A stretch of 41,124 bases of DNA, from IMG/VR virus record IMGVR_UViG_2802429226_000008, positions 1 to 41,124 of that record, one strand, 5' to 3'. The notes below the pieces were generated by a model. The model saw only the letters and a list, made by a program, of their open reading frames with translations, searched no databases and was not told the origin of the DNA. Origin of the DNA: a virus (lineage: Duplodnaviria; Heunggongvirae; Uroviricota; Caudoviricetes). This document shows, piece by piece, positions 8,399 to 17,095 of this stretch. The stretch's first letter is position 1. Each line of letters begins with the position of its first letter. A program made the position numbers and the translations under genes.

Positions 8399-9340
8399 AT
8401 GAGCACTAAATTAACCGGCTATGTATGGGATGGTTGCGCTGCATCAGGCATGAAATTATCCAGCGTGGCAATTATGGCCCGCCTGGCTGATTTCAGTAAT
8501 GACGAAGGTGTGTGCTGGCCATCAATTGAAACCATTGCCCGCCAGATTGGCGCGGGGATGAGTACCGTCAGAACGGCTATCGCACGGCTGGAAGCAGAAG
8601 GCTGGTTAACGCGTAAGGCGCGTCGCCAGGGTAACCGCAATGCGTCGAATGTTTATCAGCTTAACGTTGCGAAGCTTCAGGCAGCGGCATTTTCTCAACT
8701 GTCAGATTCTGACCCGTCAAAATCTGACGCATCAAAATCTGACCCGTCAAAATTTGATGCGTCGAAATCTGGCAAAAAAGCGGGTTTTCACCCGTCAGAA
8801 TCTGGCGGGGATCCGTCAGTAAAATCAAAACATGATCCGTCAGATAAAAAAACTTCTCGTCCGGACGCTTCGCAACCGGACACGCAGACGGCTGAACAGG
8901 AGTTTTTAACTCGCCATCCTGATGCGGTTGTATTCAGCCCTAAAAAGCGCCAGTGGGGAACGCAGGATGATTTGACCTGCGCACAGTGGCTCTGGAAAAA
9001 AATCATCGCCCTGTACGAGCAGGCCGCCGAATGTGACGGCGAGGTGGTTCGTCCCAAAGAACCGAACTGGACAGCCTGGGCAAACGAAATTCGCCTGATG
9101 TGTGTGCAGGATGGTCGTACTCACAAACAAATCTGCGAGATGTACAGCCGCGTCAGCCGCGATCCGTTCTGGTGCCGTAACGTGCTCAGCCCGTCGAAGC
9201 TGCGGGAAAAATGGGATGAGCTTTCCCTGCGCTTATCGCCGTCCGTCAGCACGTACACAGAAAAACGCGAAGACCCGTACTTCAAAGCCAGTTACGACAA
9301 CGTGGACTACAGCCAGATCCCGGCAGGATTCAGGGGGTGA
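8399..9340 (+). CDS. replication initiation protein (lambda O-like, N-terminal wHTH), contains iteron array
   Basis: 313 aa; N-terminal HTH region; internal DPSKSDASKSDPSKFDASKSG repeat reflecting DNA iterons. Confidence 0.8.
   Translation: MSTKLTGYVWDGCAASGMKLSSVAIMARLADFSNDEGVCWPSIETIARQIGAGMSTVRTAIARLEAEGWLTRKARRQGNRNASNVYQLNVAKLQAAAFSQLSDSDPSKSDASKSDPSKFDASKSGKKAGFHPSESGGDPSVKSKHDPSDKKTSRPDASQPDTQTAEQEFLTRHPDAVVFSPKKRQWGTQDDLTCAQWLWKKIIALYEQAAECDGEVVRPKEPNWTAWANEIRLMCVQDGRTHKQICEMYSRVSRDPFWCRNVLSPSKLREKWDELSLRLSPSVSTYTEKREDPYFKASYDNVDYSQIPAGFRG
8702..8806. repeat. iteron array (putative replication origin), 15-bp periodic direct repeats TCAAAATCTGAC, followed by an AT-rich tract
   Basis: copies at 8702, 8717, 8732, 8747, 8762 and 8795; A-rich segment 8820..8850. 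Confidence 0.7.
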
Positions 9341-9342
9341 TC

Positions 9343-9831
9343 ATGAGTCTTTTGAATGAAGTTCAGAAATTCATTGAAGCCCATCCGGGGTGTACTTCCG
9401 GAGACATTGCGGATGCTTTTGCAGGTTACTCACGGCAGCGCGTTCTGCAGTCAGCAAGCAAGTTACGTCAGAGTGGGCGTGTGGCTCACCGTTGTGAAGG
9501 AGATACACGCAGACATTTCCCACGCCTGACTGAGAGAGCGCAGGAGCCGGAACCACAACCAGTTCGTGAAACCAGACCTGTGCGCAATTTCTATGTCGGC
9601 ACTAACGATCCCCGGGTGATTTTGTGCCTGACCCGCCAGGCGGAAGAATTGGAGTCCAGGGGCTTATACCGTCGTGCTGCAACGGTGTGGATGGCGGCAT
9701 TCCGTGAAAGCCACTCCCAGCCAGAACGAAACAATTTTCTGGCGCGTCGTGAGCAGTGTTTACGGAAAAGCAGCAAGCGCGCTGTATCGGGTGATGAGTG
9801 GTATCTGTCAGGGAATTACGTGGGGGCTTAA
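9343..9831 (+). CDS. hypothetical phage protein (possible winged-helix N-terminus)
   Basis: ATG at 9343 (track start 9337 is GTG); TAATG overlap with next gene. Confidence 0.55.
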   Translation: MSLLNEVQKFIEAHPGCTSGDIADAFAGYSRQRVLQSASKLRQSGRVAHRCEGDTRRHFPRLTERAQEPEPQPVRETRPVRNFYVGTNDPRVILCLTRQAEELESRGLYRRAATVWMAAFRESHSQPERNNFLARREQCLRKSSKRAVSGDEWYLSGNYVGA

Positions 9832-10484
9832 TGAGTAATAAATATTGCCAGGAGCTGGTGGAACTGCGGAACAAACCAGCCCATGAACTGAAGGAAGTGG
9901 GTGATCAGTGGCGCACGCCGGACAACATTTTCTGGGGAATTAACACCCTGTTTGGCCCGTTTGTTCTGGATCTGTTTACTGACGGTGATAACGCCAAATG
10001 TGCTGCGTATTACACGGCGGAAGACAACGCGCTGGCGCATGACTGGTCAGAACGTCTTGCGGAGCTTAAAGGGGCTGCCTTTGGTAATCCCCCATACAGC
10101 CGCGCCAGTCAGCATGAGGGGCAATACATCACCGGCATGCGTTACATCATGAAACATGCCAGTGCCATGCGTGATAAGGGCGGGCGCTATGTTTTCTTGA
10201 TCAAAGCTGCCACCAGCGAAGTGTGGTGGCCGGAAGATGCAGATCATATTGCTTTTATTCGCGGGCGTATTGGTTTTGAACTGCCTGTCTGGTTTATCCC
10301 GAAAGACGAGAAGCAGGTACCGACAGGAGCTTTTTTCGCTGGTGCTATTGCTGTTTTTGACAAGACCTGGAAGGGACCGGCAATCAGCTACATCGGGCGC
10401 GATGAACTTGAGGCATGTGGTGAGGCGTTTCTGGCGCAGGTTCGCCAGCAGGCGGAAAAACTGGTCAGGGAGATGGCGGCATGA
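9831..10484 (+). CDS. phage DNA N6-adenine methyltransferase (orphan Dam-like)
   Basis: NPPY motif (GNPPYS); ATG at 9831 overlapping upstream stop. Confidence 0.82.
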   Translation: MSNKYCQELVELRNKPAHELKEVGDQWRTPDNIFWGINTLFGPFVLDLFTDGDNAKCAAYYTAEDNALAHDWSERLAELKGAAFGNPPYSRASQHEGQYITGMRYIMKHASAMRDKGGRYVFLIKAATSEVWWPEDADHIAFIRGRIGFELPVWFIPKDEKQVPTGAFFAGAIAVFDKTWKGPAISYIGRDELEACGEAFLAQVRQQAEKLVREMAA

Positions 10485-10807
10485 CGATGTTAACTCAATG
10501 CCAGCAGCAGGTGCTGGATATGCTGATTTCTTACCAAAAAGAACGTGGCTTCCCGCCAACCAATCAGGAGGTGGCAACCATGCTGGGATACCGTTCAGTG
10601 AATGCAGCGGTAGAACATCTTCGCGCACTGGAGAAAAAAGGCGTCATCACGATAAAGCGTGGCGTGGCCCGGGGCATCACGCTTCATACCGTGGTGAAGG
10701 ACGACGACAGCGAGGCGGTCGGGATTATCCGCTCACTGCTTGCCGGTGAGGAAAACGCCAGGCTGCGTGCAGCCCACTGGTTACATGAGAGGGGCCTGAA
10801 AGTATGA
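10481..10807 (+). CDS. LexA-N-terminal-like DNA-binding protein
   Basis: 108 aa; ATGA overlap; GGAG SD; winged-helix-like N-terminus. Confidence 0.55.
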   Translation: MTMLTQCQQQVLDMLISYQKERGFPPTNQEVATMLGYRSVNAAVEHLRALEKKGVITIKRGVARGITLHTVVKDDDSEAVGIIRSLLAGEENARLRAAHWLHERGLKV

Positions 10808-11193
10808 AGCTGATCTTGCCTTTCCCGCCCAGCGTGAACACGTACTGGCGACACCCCAATAAAGGGGCGTTTGCAGGTAAGAGCCTGATAAGCGCGGCGG
10901 GGCGCAAATTCCAGAGCGCGGCGTGTGCAGCAATAGTTGAGCAGTTACGTCGTCTGCCAAAACCAACGTCGGCACCTGCTTCAGTGGAGATCGTGTTGTT
11001 TCCTCCGGATAACCGGATCCGCGATCTGGACAACTATAACAAGGCGCTGTTTGACGCCCTGACCCACGCGGGTGTGTGGGAAGACGACAGTCAGGTGAAA
11101 AGAATGCTGGTGGAGTGGGGACCGGTTATCCCGGAAGGGAAGGTCGAGATCACTATCAGTAAGTACGAGAAAACGGCGGGTGCAGCCGCCTGA
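10804..11193 (+). CDS. rusA: RusA Holliday-junction resolvase
   Basis: 129 aa; LPFPPSVNTYWRH and RDLDNYNKALFDALT...EDDSQV motifs typical of RusA. Confidence 0.88.
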   Translation: MKLILPFPPSVNTYWRHPNKGAFAGKSLISAAGRKFQSAACAAIVEQLRRLPKPTSAPASVEIVLFPPDNRIRDLDNYNKALFDALTHAGVWEDDSQVKRMLVEWGPVIPEGKVEITISKYEKTAGAAA

Positions 11194-11212
11194 TTAAGAG
11201 GAGAAACGAAGT

Positions 11213-12010
11213 ATGAATAATCTGATGGTCATTGATGGTATTGAAGTTCGTCGTGATGCTTATGGGCGTTACAGCCTGAACGATCTGCACAGGGCTGCCG
11301 GTTCTCTGGATAAGCATAAGCCTGCATTCTGGCTCCGCAATGAGCAAACTGAACGTTTAATAAGCGAGTTGCAGATTTGCAACTCGGTCAATATAGAGCC
11401 AGTTAACGTTATTCGTGGCGGAAATAACCAGGGGACGTATGTCTGCAAAGAACTGGTGTATGCCTATGCAATGTGGATCAGCCCGTCATTCCATCTGAAG
11501 GTGATCCGTACTTTCGACATGGTAACCAGCGCACCTGAAAAATTATCCGGACAGGCTGCTGACAAGATGCAGGCTGGCGTGATTCTGCTGGACTTTATGC
11601 GCCGGGAGTTAAATCTGTCTAACTCTTCAGTGCTTGGAGCCTGTCAGAAACTTCAGGAGGCTGTTGGCTTACCGAATCTGGCACCGCGCTATGCCATTGA
11701 TGCTCCTGCTGATGCACACGATGGCTCAAGTCGCCCGACACTGTCACTGAGTGCACTGCTGAAACAGTATGGTATCCGCCTGACGGCTAATCAGGCATAT
11801 CACCAGATGGTGAAGCTGGGGATCGTCGAGCAGCGCGAACGATACAGCCGTACCGCGATTAACAACATCAAAAAATTCTGGTCGCTGACAGCGAAAGGTT
11901 GCATGTTCGGCAAGAACATCACCAGTCCCGCAAATCCGCGCGAGACGCAGCCGCATTTCTTCGAATCCCGATTCCCTGAGCTGTTAAAGCTGCTCGATAC
12001 CGTTCATTGA
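11213..12010 (+). CDS. KilA-N domain protein (putative antirepressor-like)
   Basis: 265 aa; strong AGGAG SD; N-terminal KilA-N-like segment. Confidence 0.7.
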   Translation: MNNLMVIDGIEVRRDAYGRYSLNDLHRAAGSLDKHKPAFWLRNEQTERLISELQICNSVNIEPVNVIRGGNNQGTYVCKELVYAYAMWISPSFHLKVIRTFDMVTSAPEKLSGQAADKMQAGVILLDFMRRELNLSNSSVLGACQKLQEAVGLPNLAPRYAIDAPADAHDGSSRPTLSLSALLKQYGIRLTANQAYHQMVKLGIVEQRERYSRTAINNIKKFWSLTAKGCMFGKNITSPANPRETQPHFFESRFPELLKLLDTVH

Positions 12011-12011
12011 G

Positions 12012-13007
12012 GTGACCGTGAGAGCACTACTGACCCCTGAAATTGCCCCGCGTATGGGGATCGTATTGTTCAGGCCAGGTTCAGAGCTGATGCCCTTGTT
12101 TATGCAGGGGCGTGTCCTGCTGGAGCCTGAGCCGGAACGTTATTCATCTTTCGCCAGTGGTGCCGTTCCGGCGGCATCACAACCGCTGGCGGATGATCCT
12201 GCCGTTCGGGCCGTGTTCCGCAATGAGGCAGTGATCCGTCGTGCTGGTGGCGTGGAATGTCTTGAAAGCTGGTTACTTCGTGAAAAAGGCTGCCAGTGGC
12301 CTCATTCCGGCTGGCACAGCGAGAACATGACCACAATGCGACACGCGCCGGGCGCAATCCGTCTGTGCTGGCACTGTGATAACCAGCTGCGCGATCAGTT
12401 CACGGAACGGCTGGAATCAATGGCAACGGATAACTGTGCCCGGTGGGTGTTATCTGTCGTGCGTCGGGATCTCGGTTTTAATGATAGTCACGTTGTGACA
12501 ATGCCGGAACTGTGCTGGTGGCTGGTTCGTAATGACTTGGCGGATGCCTTACCGGAAAGTGCAGCCCGTAAGGCACTGAGATTACCGAAGCCTGTTGTGC
12601 CGTCTGTCACCCGGGAAAGTGACCTTGTGCCTTCGGTTCCTGCCACCAGCATCATCCAGGATAAAGCGAAAAAGGTGCTGGCGCTGAAAGTGGATCCGGA
12701 GTCGCCGGAGTCTTTTATGTTACGCCCAAAACGTCGCCGCTGGGTTAATGAAAAGTACACGCGCTGGGTTAAGACACAGCCGTGTGCATGTTGTGGAAAG
12801 CCTGCTGATGATCCCCACCACCTGATAGGCCACGGTCAGGGGGGAATGGGTACAAAAGCGCATGACCTCTTTGTGTTGCCTTTGTGCAGAAAGCATCACG
12901 ACGAACTGCATGCGGATACCGTGGCATTTGAAGAGATGTATGGCTCCCAACTGGAGCTGATATTTCGTTTTATCGATCGTGCGCTGGCAATTGGCGTACT
13001 GGCGTAA
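12012..13007 (+). CDS. DUF968-family prophage protein (YdfU-like)
   Basis: 331 aa; C-terminal Cys/His-rich CACCGK...HHLIGHG...CRKHHDELH; start codon uncertain (GTG at 12012). Confidence 0.65.
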   Translation: MTVRALLTPEIAPRMGIVLFRPGSELMPLFMQGRVLLEPEPERYSSFASGAVPAASQPLADDPAVRAVFRNEAVIRRAGGVECLESWLLREKGCQWPHSGWHSENMTTMRHAPGAIRLCWHCDNQLRDQFTERLESMATDNCARWVLSVVRRDLGFNDSHVVTMPELCWWLVRNDLADALPESAARKALRLPKPVVPSVTRESDLVPSVPATSIIQDKAKKVLALKVDPESPESFMLRPKRRRWVNEKYTRWVKTQPCACCGKPADDPHHLIGHGQGGMGTKAHDLFVLPLCRKHHDELHADTVAFEEMYGSQLELIFRFIDRALAIGVLA

Positions 13008-13020
13008 GTGGAGAACGAGC

Positions 13021-13773
13021 ATGAACCTTGAAGCCTTACCAAAATATTACTCCCCAAAATCTCCAAAATTGAGCGATGACGCACCGGCGACAGGCTCAGG
13101 TGGTTTAACGATTACGGATGTGATGGCTGCGCAGGGGATGGTGCAGTCGAAAGCACCGCTTGGGTTTGCCTTATTCCTGGCAAAAGTTGGTGTTCAGGAT
13201 CCTCAGTTTGCGATTGAAGGTCTGCTCAATTACGCGATGGCACTGGATAACCCGACATTGAACAAATTGAGTGAAGAAATCCGGTTACAGATCATCCCTT
13301 ACCTTGTGAATTTTGCCTTTGCTGATTATTCCAGGTCTGCGGCAAGTAAGGCTCGCTGTGAGCATTGTGCTGGTACTGGATTTCATAATGTATTGCGCGA
13401 GGTGGTGAAGCACTCCAGAAGCGGGGAATCTGTTATCAAGGAAGAGTGGGTGAAGGAACTATGTCAGCATTGTCATGGTAAGGGAGAAGTCAGCACAGCG
13501 TGCAGAGGGTGTAAGGGTAAAGGTATTGTCCTGGATGAAAAAAGGACCCGGCTTCATGGCACACCTGTTTATAAGATTTGTGGGCGTTGCAATGGAAAAC
13601 GGTTTAGTCGTTTACCAACCACACTGGCGCGGCATCATGTCCAGAAGCTGGTACCGGACCTGACTGATTATCAGTGGTACAAAGGATATGCAAATGTCAT
13701 TGATAAACTGGTTACAAAGTGCTGGCAGGAGGAATCTTACGCTGAAGCACAATTGAGAAAGGTGACGAGATAA
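13021..13773 (+). CDS. late-gene antiterminator Q-like protein
   Basis: 250 aa; paired CxxC zinc-finger motifs (CEHCAGTG, CQHCHGKG, CRGCKGKG, CGRCNG); position just upstream of lysis genes. Confidence 0.78.
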   Translation: MNLEALPKYYSPKSPKLSDDAPATGSGGLTITDVMAAQGMVQSKAPLGFALFLAKVGVQDPQFAIEGLLNYAMALDNPTLNKLSEEIRLQIIPYLVNFAFADYSRSAASKARCEHCAGTGFHNVLREVVKHSRSGESVIKEEWVKELCQHCHGKGEVSTACRGCKGKGIVLDEKRTRLHGTPVYKICGRCNGKRFSRLPTTLARHHVQKLVPDLTDYQWYKGYANVIDKLVTKCWQEESYAEAQLRKVTR

Positions 13774-14372
13774 GTGATTTTCGCCGAAGATGGCGACATG
13801 ATGCTTGCATTTTTCAAAAAATATGGATAAGATTTTCTCAACGATGGGCTTTGTATGTCTGCCGTTGAGAATCTTCAAGAACCCGCCATCAAGTAGGTAT
13901 TTTGTTATCCAAATATCAGTTCTGAATAGTCTTAGTCGCTTCTTGATAAACATAAAAGAATAAGTACTTGCTTTGAATGGCCGCCTTTTAGACAGGGCAG
14001 AGAGTACGATTGGTTGAAAAAAGCATAGTTCTTGGCGGTAGGTTTTATTTTAGTCTCTCATCTATGTATCTAGGGAAGTATGTGATTACCTTCAGGAATT
14101 ATATCCTGTGTTTCATATGATTACATGGGAGCAAGGGACGCCAACTTTATAACAATTCTTTTGCCCAGCCACTATATATAGATAAAAAAAATCCTCATCA
14201 TCCCGTATATTGTTGTTGATTTCTTTTTGCTATATATGTTGTGTTTTTTATGCCTTTATTGCATATGTGATTAATGTGCTTGTTGTTATATTCAATACGA
14301 TGCCAAGGGATTTGGGACGTGTATATCCAATAAATTGGCAGATTTTTGTTAATTACTTGGGTAGCGTATTGT

Positions 14373-14813
14373 ATGACTAAAAATGCACAGCAGGTTCTTG
14401 AAGACTCTGCCCAACAGATTTTTCCCGATTATTTTCCTGCAGATGTTCCTCCAAAAGAGTCCTTGGATGCTGAAGGGGTTTTTTATCGCTTAGCCAGAAA
14501 TAATCCACCTGGGAAAGCTTGTTTTTTAAACATGAAAGAAGAAAACCCAAAAAGAATGAAAAAGTTCCAAGGGTTAAAATTGAAATGCTGCTATGGTGTT
14601 TCTATGTTCATGGACGAAACATCACTGGTAAATGTATTTAATAAATTTCCTGAAGGAATAGGTGAAAGGTTTATTGCTAAAGGCGAGTTGAATCCACAGG
14701 ATGGAAGAATGCTAAAAACAGGAGCTCCTGATTCGACTCATTTTACCATTTGGCTTTGTAAAGATGCTCGAGTTCATGAAAAATTCACCTGTATAAGAGA
14801 GGTGGTTAGATGA
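14373..14813 (+). CDS. hypothetical protein, AT-rich cargo gene A (146 aa)
   Basis: ATG at 14373 (track start 14346 is TTG); low-GC codon usage; ATGA overlap with gene B. Confidence 0.6.
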   Translation: MTKNAQQVLEDSAQQIFPDYFPADVPPKESLDAEGVFYRLARNNPPGKACFLNMKEENPKRMKKFQGLKLKCCYGVSMFMDETSLVNVFNKFPEGIGERFIAKGELNPQDGRMLKTGAPDSTHFTIWLCKDARVHEKFTCIREVVR

Positions 14814-16099
14814 GCAATATTTTTTTGGAAGATAGTGTGTTCGGCACATTATATATGCAAAAAATTTATGAGTTCTTCGAAGAGCCAAAACTTTTCTCTG
14901 TGTCTAATGAAATAAATAGCATGTTTGTTGTCTATTGGATTGGCGACGAAGAAGATTATGATAAATGGATTATCATACCGATTTCAAAAGATAGGTTGGA
15001 GCACTTCGAGCGTAAAAGAATTGATATTAGAAGTGTTTTAGTGTATCAAGAACAAAAGCTTTGCTATCAGTTTAATATTTACTATGAAGATAATCATGTT
15101 GATGAAATAAAAATAAATGTTTCTGAGTTAAATGAGAAGATAAAAATTCCAGAACCTAACTTATATATTAGTAGTGTTCTTCCTGTATTACCTAATGGTA
15201 AAATTGGAAAGGAGGTAGAATTCTCTACGCATGAGATTCATGTGGAGAAAACAGCAACTTCTGTGGAACCCTTGGTTTTAAAAGGCGTCTCGAAGCTTTT
15301 TGAGTGTTTTAATGATTTCTATTCATCAATATTAGCTGCATTTGATGAAAAAGATGTAATGAGTCCAGTATCTGGACGTCCTGGTTCATTTGTTCTTTCA
15401 TTCAAGGCAGATAAAATGCAGCAAATTGAACCATTGCTGAAAAAACTAAATGAGCTGATTCTATCAAGAAAAGATATTATTGGTTTTGTTAAACAGAATA
15501 ATATCGATGTTCAGATGTTATCTGCTTTATTTGAAAGTGTGATAGAGACAAGTTCATGTTTTGAACTAAAAAGTAATGTGACTGATGATATTATTCTTAG
15601 AGTCAGAAAAACTGATGCTGAGTTCTATTCTGGCACATTGATTAAAATGGCTACTCAAGTTGTTAGTAGTTATCAGGTACCGCAGGCTAACCTAATTGAA
15701 CAAGTGTTTAAGATAGTTGAATTAAAATGGCAAGAGAAGCATCTGAACCTGATTAGTACTGGTCTGGATAATCGACATATATTGTATTATATTCATGCGG
15801 CCAAAATACTTGGGTTACTAAATAGTAATGGTTCTGTTTCAGCTCTTGGTCAGCAATTGGTTGAATCTGACTATGATAAGAGACTAAGAATCGCTGCACG
15901 CGGTTTTGAAACAAGTCATTGCGGGTGGGCGTGGATTACCTGGAGTCAGGCTAAAAATCTTTCTGAGCTCGATCCACTTACAGCTGAACGATTTTTGCAA
16001 GATAGATGTATATCTCTCAGCTCCAAAACAATAAAGAGAAGGGCTTCTACTTTAAGGCAGTGGTGTGAAAAATTGCAACCTGCTTATCAGGAGCTCTGA
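14810..16099 (+). CDS. hypothetical protein, AT-rich cargo gene B (429 aa)
   Basis: GAGGTGG SD; long open frame in AT-rich DNA; no recognisable catalytic motif. Confidence 0.7.
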   Translation: MSNIFLEDSVFGTLYMQKIYEFFEEPKLFSVSNEINSMFVVYWIGDEEDYDKWIIIPISKDRLEHFERKRIDIRSVLVYQEQKLCYQFNIYYEDNHVDEIKINVSELNEKIKIPEPNLYISSVLPVLPNGKIGKEVEFSTHEIHVEKTATSVEPLVLKGVSKLFECFNDFYSSILAAFDEKDVMSPVSGRPGSFVLSFKADKMQQIEPLLKKLNELILSRKDIIGFVKQNNIDVQMLSALFESVIETSSCFELKSNVTDDIILRVRKTDAEFYSGTLIKMATQVVSSYQVPQANLIEQVFKIVELKWQEKHLNLISTGLDNRHILYYIHAAKILGLLNSNGSVSALGQQLVESDYDKRLRIAARGFETSHCGWAWITWSQAKNLSELDPLTAERFLQDRCISLSSKTIKRRASTLRQWCEKLQPAYQEL

Positions 16100-16176
16100 A
16101 GGATATGATGATTATCTTCTTTTTGGAAGAAGATAATGTAAATTTGATTTTATTATAACACTCTACCTAAATAAAA

Positions 16177-16200
16177 GGCTCGCACAGGCGAGCCTTTTCC
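16177..16200 (+). terminator. rho-independent terminator after cargo operon
   Basis: GGCTCGC-ACAG-GCGAGCC hairpin followed by TTTTCC. Confidence 0.6.
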
Positions 16201-16279
16201 ATGTCTCAATCTGATTCAACTATTTTATTTAACTTTTTATATGTCGCCTGCATAACTTACGAGGTGAGAGACGATATTC

Positions 16280-16615
16280 ATGCCCCATAATCCAAACACA
16301 TGGCCGGATTGGCTGGAGATTTTCCAGAGCTGGTGGCGTGGAGATACGCCTCTTGGCGCAGTGATTATGTCGATCGTTATGGCTGGTTTGCGTATTGCTT
16401 ATTTTGGTGGTGGTGGTGGCTGGAAGCGAAAAACGCTCGAGATTTTGCTCTGTGGTGCTCTGACGCTGACTTTTGCATCCGCGCTTGAGTATGTCGGATG
16501 GCCTAAATCGCTTTCTGTTGCCATTGGTGGTGGCGTGGGGCTGATCGGTGTCGATGCTATTCGTGGGGCTGCAATGCGAGTAATCGGTAATAAATTTGGT
16601 AGCTCGAAGGAGTAA
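16280..16615 (+). CDS. holin
   Basis: 111 aa with three hydrophobic segments; immediately upstream of endolysin. Confidence 0.72.
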   Translation: MPHNPNTWPDWLEIFQSWWRGDTPLGAVIMSIVMAGLRIAYFGGGGGWKRKTLEILLCGALTLTFASALEYVGWPKSLSVAIGGGVGLIGVDAIRGAAMRVIGNKFGSSKE

Positions 16616-16618
16616 TTT

Positions 16619-17095
16619 ATGCAGGCTCTAAATTCCCAGCGTAAAGCTTTCCTTGATATGGTGGCATGGTCAGAAGGAACGGATAACGGGCGACAACCGA
16701 CACGTAACCACGGTTATGACGTTATTGTTGGTGGCGAACTGTTCGCTGATTACTCCGATCACCCTCGCAAACTTGTCATGCTAAACCTCAAACTCAAATC
16801 AACAGCCGCTGGACGTTACCAGCTTCTTTCACGCTGGTGGGATACTTACCGTAAACAGCTTGGCCTGAAAGATTTTTCTCCAGAAAGCCAGGACGCTGTA
16901 GCGCTGCAGCAGATTAAAGAGCGTGGTGCTTTACCGATGATTGATTGCGGCGATATTCGTCAGGCTATCGCTCGTTGCAGCAATATCTGGGCGTCATTAC
17001 CCGGTGCAGGTTACGGTCAGTATGAACATAAAATCGGTGACCTGATTGCCCGATTTAAAGAGGCTGGCGGGGTGGTAAATGAAGTTGAGTTATAA
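16619..17095 (+). CDS. endolysin (lambda R-like lytic transglycosylase)
   Basis: 158 aa; near-colinear similarity to lambda R as recalled (NSQRKAFLDM.AWSEGTDNGRQ.TRNHGYDVIVGGELF). Confidence 0.9.
   Translation: MQALNSQRKAFLDMVAWSEGTDNGRQPTRNHGYDVIVGGELFADYSDHPRKLVMLNLKLKSTAAGRYQLLSRWWDTYRKQLGLKDFSPESQDAVALQQIKERGALPMIDCGDIRQAIARCSNIWASLPGAGYGQYEHKIGDLIARFKEAGGVVNEVEL

Noticed and set aside
8693-8850. Possible CRISPR array suggested by short direct repeats
   Set aside because: Repeats are 12-15 bp contiguous iterons inside a coding gene with no spacers of CRISPR size; consistent with a replication origin.
13612-13953. Minus-strand 113-aa ORF overlapping the 3' end of the Q gene
   Set aside because: Overlaps the Q gene and extends into AT-rich intergenic DNA; composition typical of a chance AT-rich frame.
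13774-14345. tRNA genes in the Q-to-lysis intergenic region, as found in some lambdoid phages
   Set aside because: No T-loop-like GGTTCGANTCC motif or cloverleaf-compatible segment spotted by eye; the region looks like AT-rich promoter DNA. A tRNAscan run would be definitive.
16112-16135. Hairpin TTATCTTC...GAAGATAA right after the cargo operon stop as the operon terminator
   Set aside because: No following T-tract; the downstream hairpin at 16177..16200 with TTTT is the better terminator candidate.
16370-16420. GGTGG triplet repeat inside the holin gene
   Set aside because: Simply encodes a short poly-Gly linker (FGGGGGW) between transmembrane segments; not a separate repeat element.
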